From IMG/VR virus record IMGVR_UViG_3300001605_000009: a stretch of DNA of 64,000 bases; one strand, 5' to 3'. Position 1 is the stretch's first letter. The number at the start of each line of letters is the position of its first letter. This document shows positions 27,532-36,380 of the stretch, in pieces. The notes beneath the pieces are model-generated. The model was not told the DNA's origin. It saw only the letters and a list, made by a program, of their open reading frames with translations, and did not search any database. The position numbers and the translations under genes were made by a program. The DNA is from a virus (Duplodnaviria; Heunggongvirae; Uroviricota; Caudoviricetes).

Positions 27532-28323
27532 TTACAACTCTAGAATGTTAAATCTATTAAAGCCTTGAGCATTTTCATCCCTATAACCTTTTGGGTTACA
27601 AACGACTCTAGTGTTCCCAATATTGTAGTCAAAGCTATTATGCATATGACCATGAGTCCACAACTCAATCTGCGGGTTATCTAGAATAAAGTTATCTAGA
27701 TCAGAATAGTAACCGAAGTTACTTTGCTCATACATTTCATCCTGATAACTACCATGAACTGACATCCTAGACGGGGCATGATGGCTCATGACAACAACAC
27801 GCTCCGCTGAACGGATATTATTAGCAATCCTACGAAGAGCCCTAGCATGAAAATCAGCAGTATCAGATGGAATCAATTTTCTATAGATGGTTCCATCTTT
27901 GTACTTAATGATCTTAAAGTCACTCATATAGCCCTTGAGGTAATACTCAGTAAGTGGGTTCTTATGATTACAATCAGTCCACAGCGTAGTGCCAAAAAAC
28001 CTGATTCCATCAATATCAACCCATTCATCATCCAGAATGGTAATGCCGTCTAGATTATTCTTTAGAATAGTAGAAGTATTATTGATAGTTCCACTGTAGC
28101 TTTCATGGTTGCCAGGAATATAGAGAACGTGCTGATATTTAGTACGGCAGTACTCGAAGAAATCTAGAAAACGCTGCTTCTGGTAGAAGTACTTGCTGTC
28201 TTCAGTTCTATTGAGAATATCAGCAACGCAAATATCCCCGTTTAGCATCAGCATATCTGCATCTTCAGTTGGACGAAAGTCCTCGAACTCTAAATGTAGG
28301 TCCGACATTTGTAGAATGCGCAT
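27532..28323 (-). CDS. calcineurin-like metallophosphoesterase (Ser/Thr protein phosphatase-like)
   Basis: Phosphoesterase motifs DLHLE, GDICV and GNHE are present, with downstream His motifs. Confidence 0.7.
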   Translation of the reverse strand: MRILQMSDLHLEFEDFRPTEDADMLMLNGDICVADILNRTEDSKYFYQKQRFLDFFEYCRTKYQHVLYIPGNHESYSGTINNTSTILKNNLDGITILDDEWVDIDGIRFFGTTLWTDCNHKNPLTEYYLKGYMSDFKIIKYKDGTIYRKLIPSDTADFHARALRRIANNIRSAERVVVMSHHAPSRMSVHGSYQDEMYEQSNFGYYSDLDNFILDNPQIELWTHGHMHNSFDYNIGNTRVVCNPKGYRDENAQGFNRFNILEL

Positions 28324-28328
28324 ATTTA

Positions 28329-29006
28329 TTAATCCTTGTCTAAATTTAGTATGTCTTCTTTAAATAGCTCTGTGTTACCCTTTGACTTTAAAAAGTCTTT
28401 TACATATATTCTTTTGTCTTTGAACTTCTTTAGTATTTCTGTTTCTTTATCTAAAGCGTCCTGTCCTCTTATAAAGAACTCTCCAAATAATATTTTAATA
28501 TCCCTATCTTTGTCCTGTCTAAACCTCTGCTCAATAGATTTGTTTGTAATACCAACCTTATAATACTCATTATCTATTTTAATATAGTACAATATAGCAG
28601 ATTTAGTAGTATCAAAAGTATAGGAGGCCGGAGAATTAAACAGAGAACAAATTGGGCACCCACTACCTGATAGTATATTTGTAGGTGTTGAACTCCACTC
28701 ATGTCCGTCTGTGCACTTGTGAAGTAAATGTGTGTATGCATTTATATAAGGGTCAAGAACCTCTATTCCTCTGGTCTTTAATTGTAATTGATATGTTGAA
28801 TGCTCTTTTTTAACTCCGCCTTTGCAAGTAGGACAACCCTTACCTTGCAGTACACTATTAGGCCTAGCTAACCACGTGTGGCCTGCTATACACTCATGCA
28901 TAATAGGGGTACTACTATTAATATAAGTCTGTATGGGGTAAGCATCTGCTTCTATATTTAGAAGTCTATTTTCGTATTCTTCGTGTGTTAGTGTCTTCTT
29001 AGCCAT
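28329..29006 (-). CDS. GIY-YIG homing endonuclease with dual zinc-binding N-terminal repeats (paralog of the ORF at 6237..6968)
   Basis: HECIAGHTW...GKGCPTC, HKCTDGHEW...GSGCPIC, and then AILYYIKIDNEYYKVGIT. Confidence 0.7.
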   Translation of the reverse strand: MAKKTLTHEEYENRLLNIEADAYPIQTYINSSTPIMHECIAGHTWLARPNSVLQGKGCPTCKGGVKKEHSTYQLQLKTRGIEVLDPYINAYTHLLHKCTDGHEWSSTPTNILSGSGCPICSLFNSPASYTFDTTKSAILYYIKIDNEYYKVGITNKSIEQRFRQDKDRDIKILFGEFFIRGQDALDKETEILKKFKDKRIYVKDFLKSKGNTELFKEDILNLDKD

Positions 29007-29062
29007 AAAAGCATACTATATTATTACATAGTAAATGTCAAGAGTTTTTTACATCAAACACA

Positions 29063-29095
29063 TAAAAAAACTCCCTCATTTAGTGATGAGGGAGT
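29063..29095 (-). terminator. rho-independent terminator (strong on the minus strand)
   Basis: ACTCCCTCAT-TTAGTG-ATGAGGGAGT followed by a T7 tract on the minus strand. Confidence 0.7.
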
Positions 29096-29099
29096 TACG

Positions 29100-29363
29100 T
29101 CAAGTAATAATATTTACTTGTTCAAATTTTCTATCTGTCGGCCATGCGACAGCATATGGGTTATCTCTATCAAAGAGTACTAGATACTCATCATCAGTGA
29201 TTTCTCTAGCATCTGAGATAACTTCGTCTAAGTGAAGCTGAGAGAACTCTTTTAGATCGTCCTCTTTCATAACTACTAGGTCTTTTGCGTAGTCAGCACA
29301 CTTAGCATCTACTACATATCTCATACGAAACATAGATACGGCCTCTACTAGGTATTTTGGCAT
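29100..29363 (-). CDS. hypothetical protein
   Basis: ORF only. Confidence 0.3.
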   Translation of the reverse strand: MPKYLVEAVSMFRMRYVVDAKCADYAKDLVVMKEDDLKEFSQLHLDEVISDAREITDDEYLVLFDRDNPYAVAWPTDRKFEQVNIIT

Positions 29364-29576
29364 TTAAGTCGTCCTTTCTGTCTTCTGGTATACCTGTGCC
29401 CAGTCTGCTCCGTAAGCAGGACATACCAGAATATTATCTGGTAGTCCGTTTCTATCTAGTGAGCCTGTCTGTCCACATATAAAGTATACACCGCTTAGCT
29501 TTTCCGCCAGCACTGTGTGTCTGATTATAGACTGTAGTTTACGAAGATCGTCTAGCTCTCCTGGGTATTTTTCCAT
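29364..29576 (-). CDS. hypothetical protein
   Basis: ORF only. Confidence 0.3.
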   Translation of the reverse strand: MEKYPGELDDLRKLQSIIRHTVLAEKLSGVYFICGQTGSLDRNGLPDNILVCPAYGADWAQVYQKTERTT

Positions 29577-29851
29577 TATAACTTCTCCAAGTACATAGCG
29601 TCTAGGTAGCCGTCAATCCAGTCTTTATCAGCTTCTGAACCTCTAACAAATGGTCCTTCCATAGATAGCCCATTCCGGTAGGCTTCAGAGCCTAAAACAT
29701 AGGCGAGATTCTTCTTCCGGTCTTCGATCTTAACACTGAAACTAGTCACTAGTCCACTCCACATTTTTGATGCCTGCTTCCTCAATTGCCGACTGACAAA
29801 CAGGACAGGGCTTGGCATTTCCATACTTACCGCTTCGTGTAATCCTAGCAA
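29576..29851 (-). CDS. hypothetical protein
   Basis: ORF only. Confidence 0.3.
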   Translation of the reverse strand: MLGLHEAVSMEMPSPVLFVSRQLRKQASKMWSGLVTSFSVKIEDRKKNLAYVLGSEAYRNGLSMEGPFVRGSEADKDWIDGYLDAMYLEKL

Positions 29852-30110
29852 CTAGAATTCTATGCGCGCGGGTAATATCACGACACCTAATAATGGCGTC
29901 CAACTCAGCGTGAAGAAACACCTTGTGGTCCAGACCCACCTTTTTAGCATGACGAGCCTGCTTAGGGTGAGTCTTTACATAAGAATTCTTACCAATACTA
30001 AGTACGCGACCTTTCTTATCAAAGATGGTCGCTGTAATGTGCTGAGTTTGACGCCTACTCATATTAGTCCCAGAGACTCCTAAAGTATTTTCCGAAAAGC
30101 CTAGTTCCAT
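29742..30110 (-). CDS. dCMP/cytidine deaminase (zinc-dependent); the true start is probably the internal Met near 30062
   Basis: HAELDAI (HAE) and PCPVCQSAI (PCxxC) zinc-binding motifs. The upstream part overlaps its neighbour. Confidence 0.65.
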   Translation of the reverse strand: MELGFSENTLGVSGTNMSRRQTQHITATIFDKKGRVLSIGKNSYVKTHPKQARHAKKVGLDHKVFLHAELDAIIRCRDITRAHRILVARITRSGKYGNAKPCPVCQSAIEEAGIKNVEWTSD

Positions 30111-30693
30111 TGGCTATACGATCATCATAAGCTTTTTTAGCATCCCAGTCAACACTATAAGTATGCTTTGGTCCATAATTTAGCTTATATAGTCCGTTCT
30201 CGGCCGGACCCCACTGGTAGTCAGACTCTCCAGTAGAAAAGTCTTCCGGGTATTCTTCAACAATCTGAGTGAAAGCCCAGATCATTTCGTCCATAACCCA
30301 ATTCCAGCGATCTTCTCCACCTTTTAAGGAACCCCAGTCTTCCTTCTCTTCACTACGAAGATGTTCTGGAACCTCCTCGTTATCCACAGTACTAAAGCCG
30401 TGATTAGTATCTTTAAGTTGCTTCAGTCCAGGAAGAATAATAAGTGCTAAAGTGTGATCTAGGCTGAATGTATCATACGAATGATACTTAATCTCTACTT
30501 TGCGGTTCCTATTCAATTTTCTAACAAAGACTTTGTTGATGAAGTCTAAAGGAACCAGAACTAGCTTATCGTACCAAGTATGGTCTTTTTCTCCAATATC
30601 AACCCACTTGTCTCCGTACATATACTCTAGGTACAAGCACTCTAGTTTATGGGTTGATAGCCAACTTCTATACGGTCCAATATTAACTTTCAT
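30064..30693 (-). CDS. hypothetical protein
   Basis: ORF only. Confidence 0.35.
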   Translation of the reverse strand: MKVNIGPYRSWLSTHKLECLYLEYMYGDKWVDIGEKDHTWYDKLVLVPLDFINKVFVRKLNRNRKVEIKYHSYDTFSLDHTLALIILPGLKQLKDTNHGFSTVDNEEVPEHLRSEEKEDWGSLKGGEDRWNWVMDEMIWAFTQIVEEYPEDFSTGESDYQWGPAENGLYKLNYGPKHTYSVDWDAKKAYDDRIANGTRLFGKYFRSLWD

Positions 30694-30948
30694 CTGGTAT
30701 CCATTCTATCTTATGGTAGGCTACAACTCTTGTTACGAAGCTCCCGTCAGGGTATTCTAGCTCTAGAGTTACTCCGGTGGTGTTCATGCCACGAACGTAC
30801 CCATGAACTATGTATTCTACATTGTGGTCGTCCCACATATCTGTAATTAATCTACATTTCATACTGCCTCTCCAATATCCTTACTTTAGCTTATATTAGC
30901 TTCAATGTCAACAAATAAAAAGGGGGAAGCCGAAGCTCTCCCCTCTCA

Positions 30949-31161
30949 TTACTTTGCTAATTTCTTACCAAGAAGGTAGATGCCGATCCCTGGTAAAGCT
31001 ATAGGCCATAGAAGGGCCAGCCCCAGAGTTCCTATTACGTAAAACATAACTTTACCTGAGTCGATGCTACCACCACGGTTACAGAAAAGACTTTTAGTGT
31101 TCCTCCCGGCGTTAAATACTGAGTAGACTAATACTATAATAAACCCCAGGAGCCAGATCAT
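30949..31161 (-). CDS. small membrane protein with two transmembrane segments (NfeD-like partner of the SPFH protein?)
   Basis: A 70-residue hydrophobic protein whose start overlaps the end of the SPFH gene. Confidence 0.4.
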   Translation of the reverse strand: MIWLLGFIIVLVYSVFNAGRNTKSLFCNRGGSIDSGKVMFYVIGTLGLALLWPIALPGIGIYLLGKKLAK

Positions 31162-31955
31162 TTTACGTTCACAATACCTTTGAAGTCATAGGGAACCACG
31201 ATAGTGCCGACCTTACCTTCTTTGATAGCCTCTGAAATATTAATCAGAGCCTGTGCTTCCATGTACTTGGTAGCACCAGAGTTGGCGTTTAGAGCAGCAA
31301 TACGCTCAGCTTCTAGCTTAGCAGTTCGTACTTCGGCTTCTTTAGTCTTAGTGCCATTCTGTGCCCGAACTAGTTCGTTTGCAGACTCTACAATACTATC
31401 AGCGGCTTGAATATTCTTTACCAGAACCTGAGATACATTGATCGAAGTACCTAGCTTTTCAGCATTAAGCTGATCTACAATTTCTGCACGAACTAGCTGT
31501 TCGATTTCAGCTCGGTTATCTGCCATCTTTAGTGACTCATAGCGACGAGCAACTTTGTATGCAGCGTTACGGGCAAGTTGGTGAATGTAGTTATACATTA
31601 GAAGGGTATCACCTTCTTCTGTTACCTGATGGAATCCACGATTCTTTTCAATGTAAATCTCAGCCGCTGAAGCTGGGTTCACCGAGTAAATAACTGAGAT
31701 ATCAAAGTCCTTGACACTAGAGTTATCGGAAGCTAGAGGATGAAGGTCGACAACATCTACTGACACGTCCTTAACTGGGAAGGTCATAACAGAACCAAAC
31801 ATGGTCTGATTAAGAGTACCTGCACCAAGTTCAGCAGTCTCAACTTGCTTATCCATACCAACTCGAACACCGACTTCACCAGTCTCAATACGAGTACAGG
31901 CCGATGCGGAAACTACTAGACCGGCAAGAAGAGCAAACTTTGTAAAACGATTCAT
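31158..31955 (-). CDS. SPFH (band-7, stomatin/prohibitin-like) domain lipoprotein
   Basis: A signal peptide with Cys (LVVSASAC) is followed by an SPFH-like core and a coiled-coil tail (ADNRAEIEQLVRAEIVDQLN...EAEVRTAKLEAERIAAL). Confidence 0.65.
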   Translation of the reverse strand: MNRFTKFALLAGLVVSASACTRIETGEVGVRVGMDKQVETAELGAGTLNQTMFGSVMTFPVKDVSVDVVDLHPLASDNSSVKDFDISVIYSVNPASAAEIYIEKNRGFHQVTEEGDTLLMYNYIHQLARNAAYKVARRYESLKMADNRAEIEQLVRAEIVDQLNAEKLGTSINVSQVLVKNIQAADSIVESANELVRAQNGTKTKEAEVRTAKLEAERIAALNANSGATKYMEAQALINISEAIKEGKVGTIVVPYDFKGIVNVK

Positions 31956-32282
31956 GAAAATTCCTTAAAATAGAACGATGATTAGGATAACTGCGAATAT
32001 CGTTGCAGTTAGTGAGTACATTATAGGATAAAATAAAGGCTTTGTCAAGTCCCAATCTAGGGAAGGTATGATTTTAATCCCAAAGAAGACTAGACAAAAT
32101 ACAAACAAAAATCCAAGTATAATCTTACCCATTAGTGAATAGTATGCGCAATGAGATACTCCTCCTCAACAAACCAAGTAACCAGTGTTTTCATTTCTGA
32201 GTCATCAAAATCCATATACGACTGGATAAAGCTAAGATCCTCTCCTTCTAGTAGAAGACTAAGAGCGTCCAGCTTTTCTTCT

Positions 32283-32606
32283 TCATCCACCATTGCCAAG
32301 AAGCTCCATTAGTGCGGGATCGAAATAGACATGACCCTTAGTACGTTCCTTACTAGGATCGGCCTTCGCTACTACAGTAACGTGAGAACTAAACTCCTTT
32401 CCTCGAAGCCTTTCGATAAGACTAGTGGTGTACTCAACCATGTCTTGGTTGTATACAATCCAGAAAATATGTTTAGTTGGGTTAGCTGGAAGGCCAAGAA
32501 TGGCTTGTTCCCGTTTTACGTAAGAAGTCACTGCTTTCTCCTTGTTATGCCTCATTATACTGAATTGACACGAAGATGTCAACACTGAAATTAGAGTATC
32601 TTGCAA
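32283..32606 (-). CDS. hypothetical protein
   Basis: ORF only. Confidence 0.3.
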   Translation of the reverse strand: MQDTLISVLTSSCQFSIMRHNKEKAVTSYVKREQAILGLPANPTKHIFWIVYNQDMVEYTTSLIERLRGKEFSSHVTVVAKADPSKERTKGHVYFDPALMELLGNGG

Positions 32607-32844
32607 AGCTCCAGTGCCTGAGCTGGTTCAAAGCCTTCTGATAGGTAAGCCTCATATAGCGTTCTTCGGCAGTACGCGATATCCGAAGAGAACTCAGCTA
32701 GGTGCATGTAACTCCCTACGAGTACAGGAATAAGCTGGTCGGCGCCAAGTAAATTTTCATCCATAAATAACTCTTACTTCTTTTATTGAAGCTCTTGTTG
32801 AAGACATATTCTTTATACTACAAAATTAGCTTGGTGTCAAGCAC

Positions 32845-32880
32845 TAAAAAAGGGTCGGTAATCACGAAGACTACCGACCC
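32845..32880 (-). terminator. rho-independent terminator (minus strand) that also supplies the UP/-35 region of a downstream promoter
   Basis: GGGTCGGTA-loop-TACCGACCC followed by TTTTTTAGTGCTTGACA, then a 17-nt spacer and TATAAA. Confidence 0.65.
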
Positions 32881-33348
32881 TTATGTTGCTGGTTACGTTT
32901 ACCAGACTGTGCGTCTTTCCGAACAGTCACTATAGCACTTTGTGTTAACGACGGCGACTTTAGCAACCTACGCTGAATAGCAAAGCCTACTCAGAGCTAC
33001 ATTTGAATAACCGAGTGAATGCTCTCGGCCCTAGCTTATAGTAGAAGGGCAACCGCCAGTAGTTAGCTGGGCTTAAGACTTTATGGGGTAACTACGTCCA
33101 TAGAATCCGGGATTCACACTATCCCTGAGTGGCTCTTAGCGGTCCCCATACGGTGAACCTTTTGCATATCCATACTGGCATTGCCAACAGGGCTAAGTTA
33201 TAACACTCCTGCACTAGCTTGTAGTGCGCCGGAGTGTTAAAGTGGAAAGCAGTCTTTAGGCCTTCCTCATTACCTCTTCCGAGGCCTAGGGTCATGGCAC
33301 GCCCACCTAAAGTTCCATGATGAAGGCTACTGCCTACTGCTTATCTTG

Positions 33349-33422
33349 TGGTGCGGACGGAGAGTATCGAACTCTCGACTACTGGGTGGAAGCCAGTCAC
33401 GTTACCATTACGCCACGCCCGC
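33349..33422 (-). tRNA. tRNA-Gly (UCC)
   Basis: The acceptor strands GCGGGCG and CGTCCGC pair with one G-U. Anticodon loop CTTCCAC; T-arm GAGAG-TTCGATA-CTCTC. Confidence 0.75.
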
Positions 33423-33661
33423 ATTAATCCATTCTCTAACGTCGTCAGACGTGATACTAAACTTGTGATACTTCTTGAGCATAGACACTACTCTAGGTAC
33501 AATATAAGAGTATAGAACTACTCTATCCTTGACCTTGTTCTCTACAGTCAGATAAGGTTTACCTGCTATATAGGCTCTTGCTAGAAAGGTTGCTCTGTTC
33601 TCGTTTCCAACATCCCACCTACGATGGGCTGCAGTTGCTTATCGGCCACACCTAAGTTAAC

Positions 33662-33746
33662 TGGTGGGTAGTGTAGGGTTCGAACCTACCGTGCCTTTCG
33701 ACTCTGGGTTTACAATCCAGGACGCGTCCACTCGCGCATACTACCC
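33662..33746 (-). tRNA. tRNA-Tyr (GUA), type II
   Basis: An 85-nt gene with acceptor strands GGGTAGT and ACTACCC, anticodon loop TTGTAAA, a long variable arm, and T-arm GTAGG-TTCGAAC-CCTAC. Confidence 0.7.
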
Positions 33747-34118
33747 AATTATTTCTCTGCCGCTTTTCATCGTTATTAGTTTATTCGTGAACTCATTCCA
33801 TGTTTTAGCCCAAGGCCCACGAAAAGTCAAGACATATGTTTGACCATGCGAATCCACTTTGTGAAAATCTTCTCTAGTAGTAATGAAGGGAATCAAGCTA
33901 GGTTTATATTCACGAACGCTACCGTCGAGCATAGTCTCGGTCAGCTTTCCTTTTAGGACCCAACTAAAGCAGTTGAATGCATGATTGTGAAAAGCTTCAC
34001 GGCTACGACCGTCAAATTTTAGTATAAGAGCCGAGAATAAGCGCCTAGACTCAATAAGCCAGTAACCTGTTACTGTGCTTTCTGGTCCGCCGTCTTTCAT
34101 TTTCTTAAGGAGCTTCAT
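33741..34118 (-). CDS. hypothetical protein
   Basis: ORF only. Confidence 0.35.
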   Translation of the reverse strand: MKLLKKMKDGGPESTVTGYWLIESRRLFSALILKFDGRSREAFHNHAFNCFSWVLKGKLTETMLDGSVREYKPSLIPFITTREDFHKVDSHGQTYVLTFRGPWAKTWNEFTNKLITMKSGREIIG

Positions 34119-34375
34119 CCGTACATTTCCTGTTGCTCAAACATTCTTTCACGAAGACTAACTTCACGAAATAGTGCATCGTCCGGAACTGTTTTTAGTA
34201 GATCAATCTGCTCTTCTGTGAGTTGTGTACAGTAGTATCCATAATCTTCTGGATCAAGCTTTAACACATTCTTAATATAGTTAAAATAACTATGTTGATG
34301 TTCTGGACTAAGGTAGGCTCGGTTTACTAACATACCTCCATCTTTGACCCAAACTGGTACTTGAATTTCTTCCAT
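34115..34375 (-). CDS. hypothetical protein
   Basis: ORF only. Confidence 0.35.
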   Translation of the reverse strand: MEEIQVPVWVKDGGMLVNRAYLSPEHQHSYFNYIKNVLKLDPEDYGYYCTQLTEEQIDLLKTVPDDALFREVSLRERMFEQQEMYG

Positions 34376-34376
34376 A

Positions 34377-34727
34377 TCAAAATACCTTTAGCTGATTTGC
34401 ACTGAACCCAATCTGACGATACAGAATATCATTCAAGATAGGAAGTTTAGTTTTAACTATACCCATACGCTGAGAGTTAGGCTTCTTACGAAGAATAGTA
34501 CCTCTAGTCTTTAGACCCGCACCCTTTGCTAGTATAGCAATCTGACGTCCAATCTCATACCCAGGACTACTAATATCGTAGTTAAATGGCTCGCCATTAT
34601 AAATGGAAAGAATACCAGCATGAATACTAGGAATATTTAGCCAGTCTTCTACGGTTGTTCTAACGCCCTCTACGGTAATATTGCTCATTAGTATCTCCAC
34701 TTGTTGAAACCATATTAGCGGATTCAA
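34377..34727 (-). CDS. hypothetical protein
   Basis: ORF only. Confidence 0.35.
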   Translation of the reverse strand: MNPLIWFQQVEILMSNITVEGVRTTVEDWLNIPSIHAGILSIYNGEPFNYDISSPGYEIGRQIAILAKGAGLKTRGTILRKKPNSQRMGIVKTKLPILNDILYRQIGFSANQLKVF

Positions 34728-34756
34728 CGTGAAGGATCAAGACTTAAATTAGGAAC

Positions 34757-34832
34757 TGGTGAACCATGTTGGGATCGAACCAACGACACGGAGATTAAGA
34801 GTCTCCTGCTCTACCTACTGAGCTAATGGTCC
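34757..34832 (-). tRNA. tRNA-Lys (CUU)
   Basis: Acceptor strands GGACCAT and ATGGTTC, D-arm TAGCTCAGTAGGTAGAGC, anticodon stem GGAGA/TCTCC with loop CTCTTAA, and T-loop TTCGATC. Confidence 0.7.
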
Positions 34833-34987
34833 GAATACTTAACTCAATACACTAGATATTGTTAATACCACTCCGTTTAGCTTAAGAGTGCGTAAAAGCG
34901 ACCTGACAATCACCCTTTCGCATAGTGTCAGCTATACCGACACTTTGAGAGAGTGCCGTCTAGTGTACTGAGTTAAATACTCGGTAA

Positions 34988-35063
34988 TGGTGCCTCCCCG
35001 AGGAATCGAACCCCAACCTCTAGTTCTTCAGACCAGCGCGCACACCAGCTACGCCAGAGAGGC
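34988..35063 (-). tRNA. tRNA-Phe (GAA)
   Basis: Acceptor strands GCCTCTC and GGGAGGC, anticodon loop CTGAAGA, and T-loop TTCGATT. Confidence 0.7.
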
Positions 35064-35187
35064 AAAATGCTGTTACGGTAGCACTCCACTTGATTTATAC
35101 ATAGAACGTCAACTAGATAGCGTCTGCAGTACGGACCTAGTAATATAGTCTAGTGATAAATAGTGAAGTGCTGTCATAACAGCACAA

Positions 35188-35269
35188 TGGAGTCGGCGAC
35201 AGGATTCGAACCTGCATTTTCAATCCAGTTACCTTTCTCTCCGTTCGTAGCGGAGGGGGTTACGCCGAC
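35188..35269 (-). tRNA. atypical tRNA-like gene, 82 nt; the anticodon arm may read ACG (Arg) but the D-arm is irregular
   Basis: The acceptor strands GTCGGCG and CGCCGAC pair perfectly, the T-arm is GCAGG-TTCGAAT-CCTGT, and the 3' end is CCA. The internal arms CTCCG-CTACGAA-CGGAG do not fit a standard cloverleaf. Confidence 0.4.
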
Positions 35270-35278
35270 AATATTATT

Positions 35279-35944
35279 TTACCAGTTGGGTACTTTGTTA
35301 GATTTCTTTAGATTTTCTTCTACGGTTAAATACTGTAGGTTATTCTCTACATGTAGTCCACAACTATTTTTAGCGTTAAGAGGGTATATATGATCTACAT
35401 GATACCCTTCTGGACACTCATTATATATTTCTTTTAGCTTCTTAATATCTGCCCATGGAGCTAGGGCTTGTTTTAGTTGGGCCCTTCTTCTGGCATTCTT
35501 TTCTCTACCATGTATTTTCCAGTATTCCTGATGATACTCTTTATTATTTTGATAATTATTCTTATTATATGAAGATTTACAATCTGTGCAGTACCTGTCT
35601 ATACCGTCATGCTCTAGGGCAGATTTAGTGAAAGTCTCTCTTAAAGAGAATTCACTACATCCGGAGCACTTCTTGTAGTCTGACTGTCTTACTAGCCAGG
35701 ATACCCAGGTACCCTCCCCTCCTTGTAGCTTTACCTCAGGAAATAGCCTCTTAACTAATCTATTAAAGGTCTGTTCAGACCTACCAAGACTTTTTATAGC
35801 TTTTGGACCTGTTCCATAAGTAAATAGGGCGTCTACCACTTCTCCAAAACAAATAGGTGGTTTTTCACCTCTTTTGTTAATGACTATAGTGTACTGCCCT
35901 ATGTTTAGGTTTTTATAAATTGATTCTTTTACTTTCTGTTCCAT
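35279..35944 (-). CDS. HNH homing endonuclease, inserted within the tRNA cluster
   Basis: HNH motif GYHVDHIYPLNAKNSCGLHVENNLQYLTVEENLKKSNK. N-terminal DNA-binding region. The promoter at 35953-35997 lies upstream. Confidence 0.75.
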   Translation of the reverse strand: MEQKVKESIYKNLNIGQYTIVINKRGEKPPICFGEVVDALFTYGTGPKAIKSLGRSEQTFNRLVKRLFPEVKLQGGEGTWVSWLVRQSDYKKCSGCSEFSLRETFTKSALEHDGIDRYCTDCKSSYNKNNYQNNKEYHQEYWKIHGREKNARRRAQLKQALAPWADIKKLKEIYNECPEGYHVDHIYPLNAKNSCGLHVENNLQYLTVEENLKKSNKVPNW

Positions 35945-35952
35945 ATTCCAAA

Positions 35953-35997
35953 ATAATAGCAGTTTGGAGGACAGAAGTCAAGAACTAAAATTTGGTA
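35953..35997 (-). promoter_or_regulatory. sigma70 promoter with TTGACT, a 17-nt spacer and TATTAT
   Basis: The minus strand reads aaattttagttcTTGACTtctgtcctccaaactgcTATTAT, followed by the ribosome-binding site and ATG of the HNH gene. Confidence 0.55.
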
Positions 35998-36070
35998 CCC
36001 CAGGCGAGACTCGAACTCGCACAACTTTCGGACCTAAACCGAACGACTTTACCAATTTGCCCACAGGGGC
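35993..36070 (-). tRNA. tRNA with a UAG anticodon (Leu-like); one U-U acceptor mismatch
   Basis: Anticodon stem TTCGG/CCGAA with loop TTTAGGT, T-arm GCGAG-TTCGAGT-CTCGC, and acceptor strands GCCCCTG and CTGGGGT. Confidence 0.5.
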
Positions 36071-36078
36071 ACAATAAA

Positions 36079-36154
36079 TGGTGGAGGATAACGGGATCGA
36101 ACCGTTGGCCTCAACAGTGCAAGTGTTGCGCTCTCCCAGCTGAGCTAATCCCCC
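36079..36154 (-). tRNA. tRNA-Ala (UGC)
   Basis: Acceptor strands GGGGGAT and ATCCTCC (one G-U pair), D-arm TAGCTCAGCTGGGAGAGC, anticodon loop CTTGCAC, and T-loop TTCGATC. Confidence 0.75.
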
Positions 36155-36156
36155 AT

Positions 36157-36232
36157 TGGTACCTGATGACGGTCCTGCCCCGCCGACCTGAGTCTTGTAA
36201 GGACCCCGCTCTACTAACTGAGCTAATCAGGC
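36157..36232 (-). tRNA. tRNA-Val (UAC) with a non-canonical T-loop
   Basis: The whole gene aligns with canonical bacterial tRNA-Val except that the T-loop reads GGCAGGA instead of the canonical TTCGATC. The anticodon loop is CTTACAA. Confidence 0.5.
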
Positions 36233-36380
36233 AAACTTTTTTCTACAGGCATACTTTCGTAGCTGTTTCTTTTTATCTTTAATAACTTTTGGTTTGTTGT
36301 ATCTGTAGCTATTACCTGCTACAGGGTTTCTTGTCTTCATTTCAAGTTCTCCTTATAGCAAGAATTTAACTAACAGTCAA

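Noticed and set aside
35163-35393. A plus-strand 76-residue ORF across 35163-35393
   Set aside because: It overlaps a tRNA-like gene and the 3' end of the HNH gene. The sequence is better explained by these.
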